Part shown: piece by piece, positions 63,306 through 64,000 of the stretch
How the letters are laid out: every line of letters begins with the position of its first letter
Numbering within the stretch: the first letter of the stretch is position 1
Assembly (NCBI GenBank): GCA_031414775.1
Contig: JANOQI010000016.1
Span: 160,001-224,000, forward strand
Length of the DNA stretch: 64,000 bases
DNA from: Synechococcales cyanobacterium VAR_4_metabat_354
GTDB taxonomy: Bacteria > Cyanobacteriota > Cyanobacteriia > Cyanobacteriales > Chamaesiphonaceae
Reading direction: 5' to 3'
The notes under the pieces: model-generated
Seen by the model: the letters and a program-made list of their open reading frames with translations, nothing else
What the model was told of the DNA's origin: nothing
Databases searched by the model: none
Made by a program: the position numbers and the translations under genes

Positions 63306-64000
63306 TCAGCGGCTCCAGCCGATAGGAATTGCAGCGATCAATTTCTGAGTATAGGCTTTTTGGGGCTCGTTATATATTTTATCGGCAGTATCAATTTCTT
63401 CGATCTTGCCTTGATTCATTACCATAATTCGATCGCTCATAAACTTCACTACGCTCAAATCGTGGGAGATGAAAATATAGGTGAGTCGAAACTCTCCCTG
63501 AAGTTCTTTCAGCAAATTTAAGACCTGGGCTTGTACCGAAACATCTAAGGCCGAGACTGATTCATCACAAATAATGAAGCGGGGATTCAGTGCTAAAGCC
63601 CGCGCAATACAGATGCGCTGGCGTTGACCACCCGAAAACTCATGAGGATAGCGATTCATGCTATCGGGGTTGATCCCCACCCGTTGGAGTAAATAGGTCG
63701 CTCGTTCTTGGCGTTCCCCTTTGCCAATCGCCTTTTGGTGAATTTTCAGTGGCTCCATCACAATTTCACCAATACTCATCCGGGGGTTGAGGGAACTGAG
63801 CGGATTTTGAAAGACAATTTGCATTTCCCGGCGCAGTTTTTGGAGGACATTGTTCTTGTACTCCAAGATATTTTGGTTCTCGAATAGCACCACGCCATCC
63901 ATTGGCTCAATTAAGCGGACTAAGGTTTTAGCCAGCGTACTTTTACCACAGCCCGATTCGCCCACTAATCCCAGGGTTTCGCCAGGGTAAACATCAAAAG
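63306..64000 (-). CDS. peptide/nickel-type ABC ATP-binding protein (5' part outside window)
   Basis: GESGCGKST, YPHEFSGGQRQR, DESVSALD, YTQKLIAAIP. Confidence 0.9.
   Translation of the reverse strand, partial: FDVYPGETLGLVGESGCGKSTLAKTLVRLIEPMDGVVLFENQNILEYKNNVLQKLRREMQIVFQNPLSSLNPRMSIGEIVMEPLKIHQKAIGKGERQERATYLLQRVGINPDSMNRYPHEFSGGQRQRICIARALALNPRFIICDESVSALDVSVQAQVLNLLKELQGEFRLTYIFISHDLSVVKFMSDRIMVMNQGKIEEIDTADKIYNEPQKAYTQKLIAAIPIGWSR

Overview
Cyanobacterial chromosomal window (frequent CGATCG/HIP1-type motifs; photosynthesis genes petCA, petH, prk, ocp). Most of it is housekeeping: rpsD, thiG, rplI-dnaB, cysS, tRNA-Ser, purSQ, zur, the pncB-nadD-nrtR-nadE NAD operon, gatB, nrdR, trmD and ftsH. 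Four parts stand out. (1) 38459-47279 is a compact RiPP-type locus: an APH-family kinase coupled to a HopA1-like protein (LanK/LanY-like pair), one double-glycine precursor with a Gly/Lys/His/Ser-rich core and a Cys/Pro tail, and a convergent export operon (cNMP-C39-ABC transporter, REC-HlyD fusion, parvulin PPIase). The HopA1-like protein appears to have lost conserved residues, so the product may be a phosphorylated rather than dehydrated peptide (inference). (2) 304-4732 is a photoprotection/antenna cluster: crtW, ocp, two phycoerythrin-type linkers (one with a non-CpcD tail) and a stand-alone OCP C-terminal-domain gene. (3) CysRS carries an internal CAAD/CURT1-like membrane domain. (4) 27870-31250 holds four co-oriented secreted proteins around a putative outer-membrane beta-barrel fusion. 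A probable 6S RNA overlaps a CDS start. All family calls are from motif recognition by eye; no searches were run.
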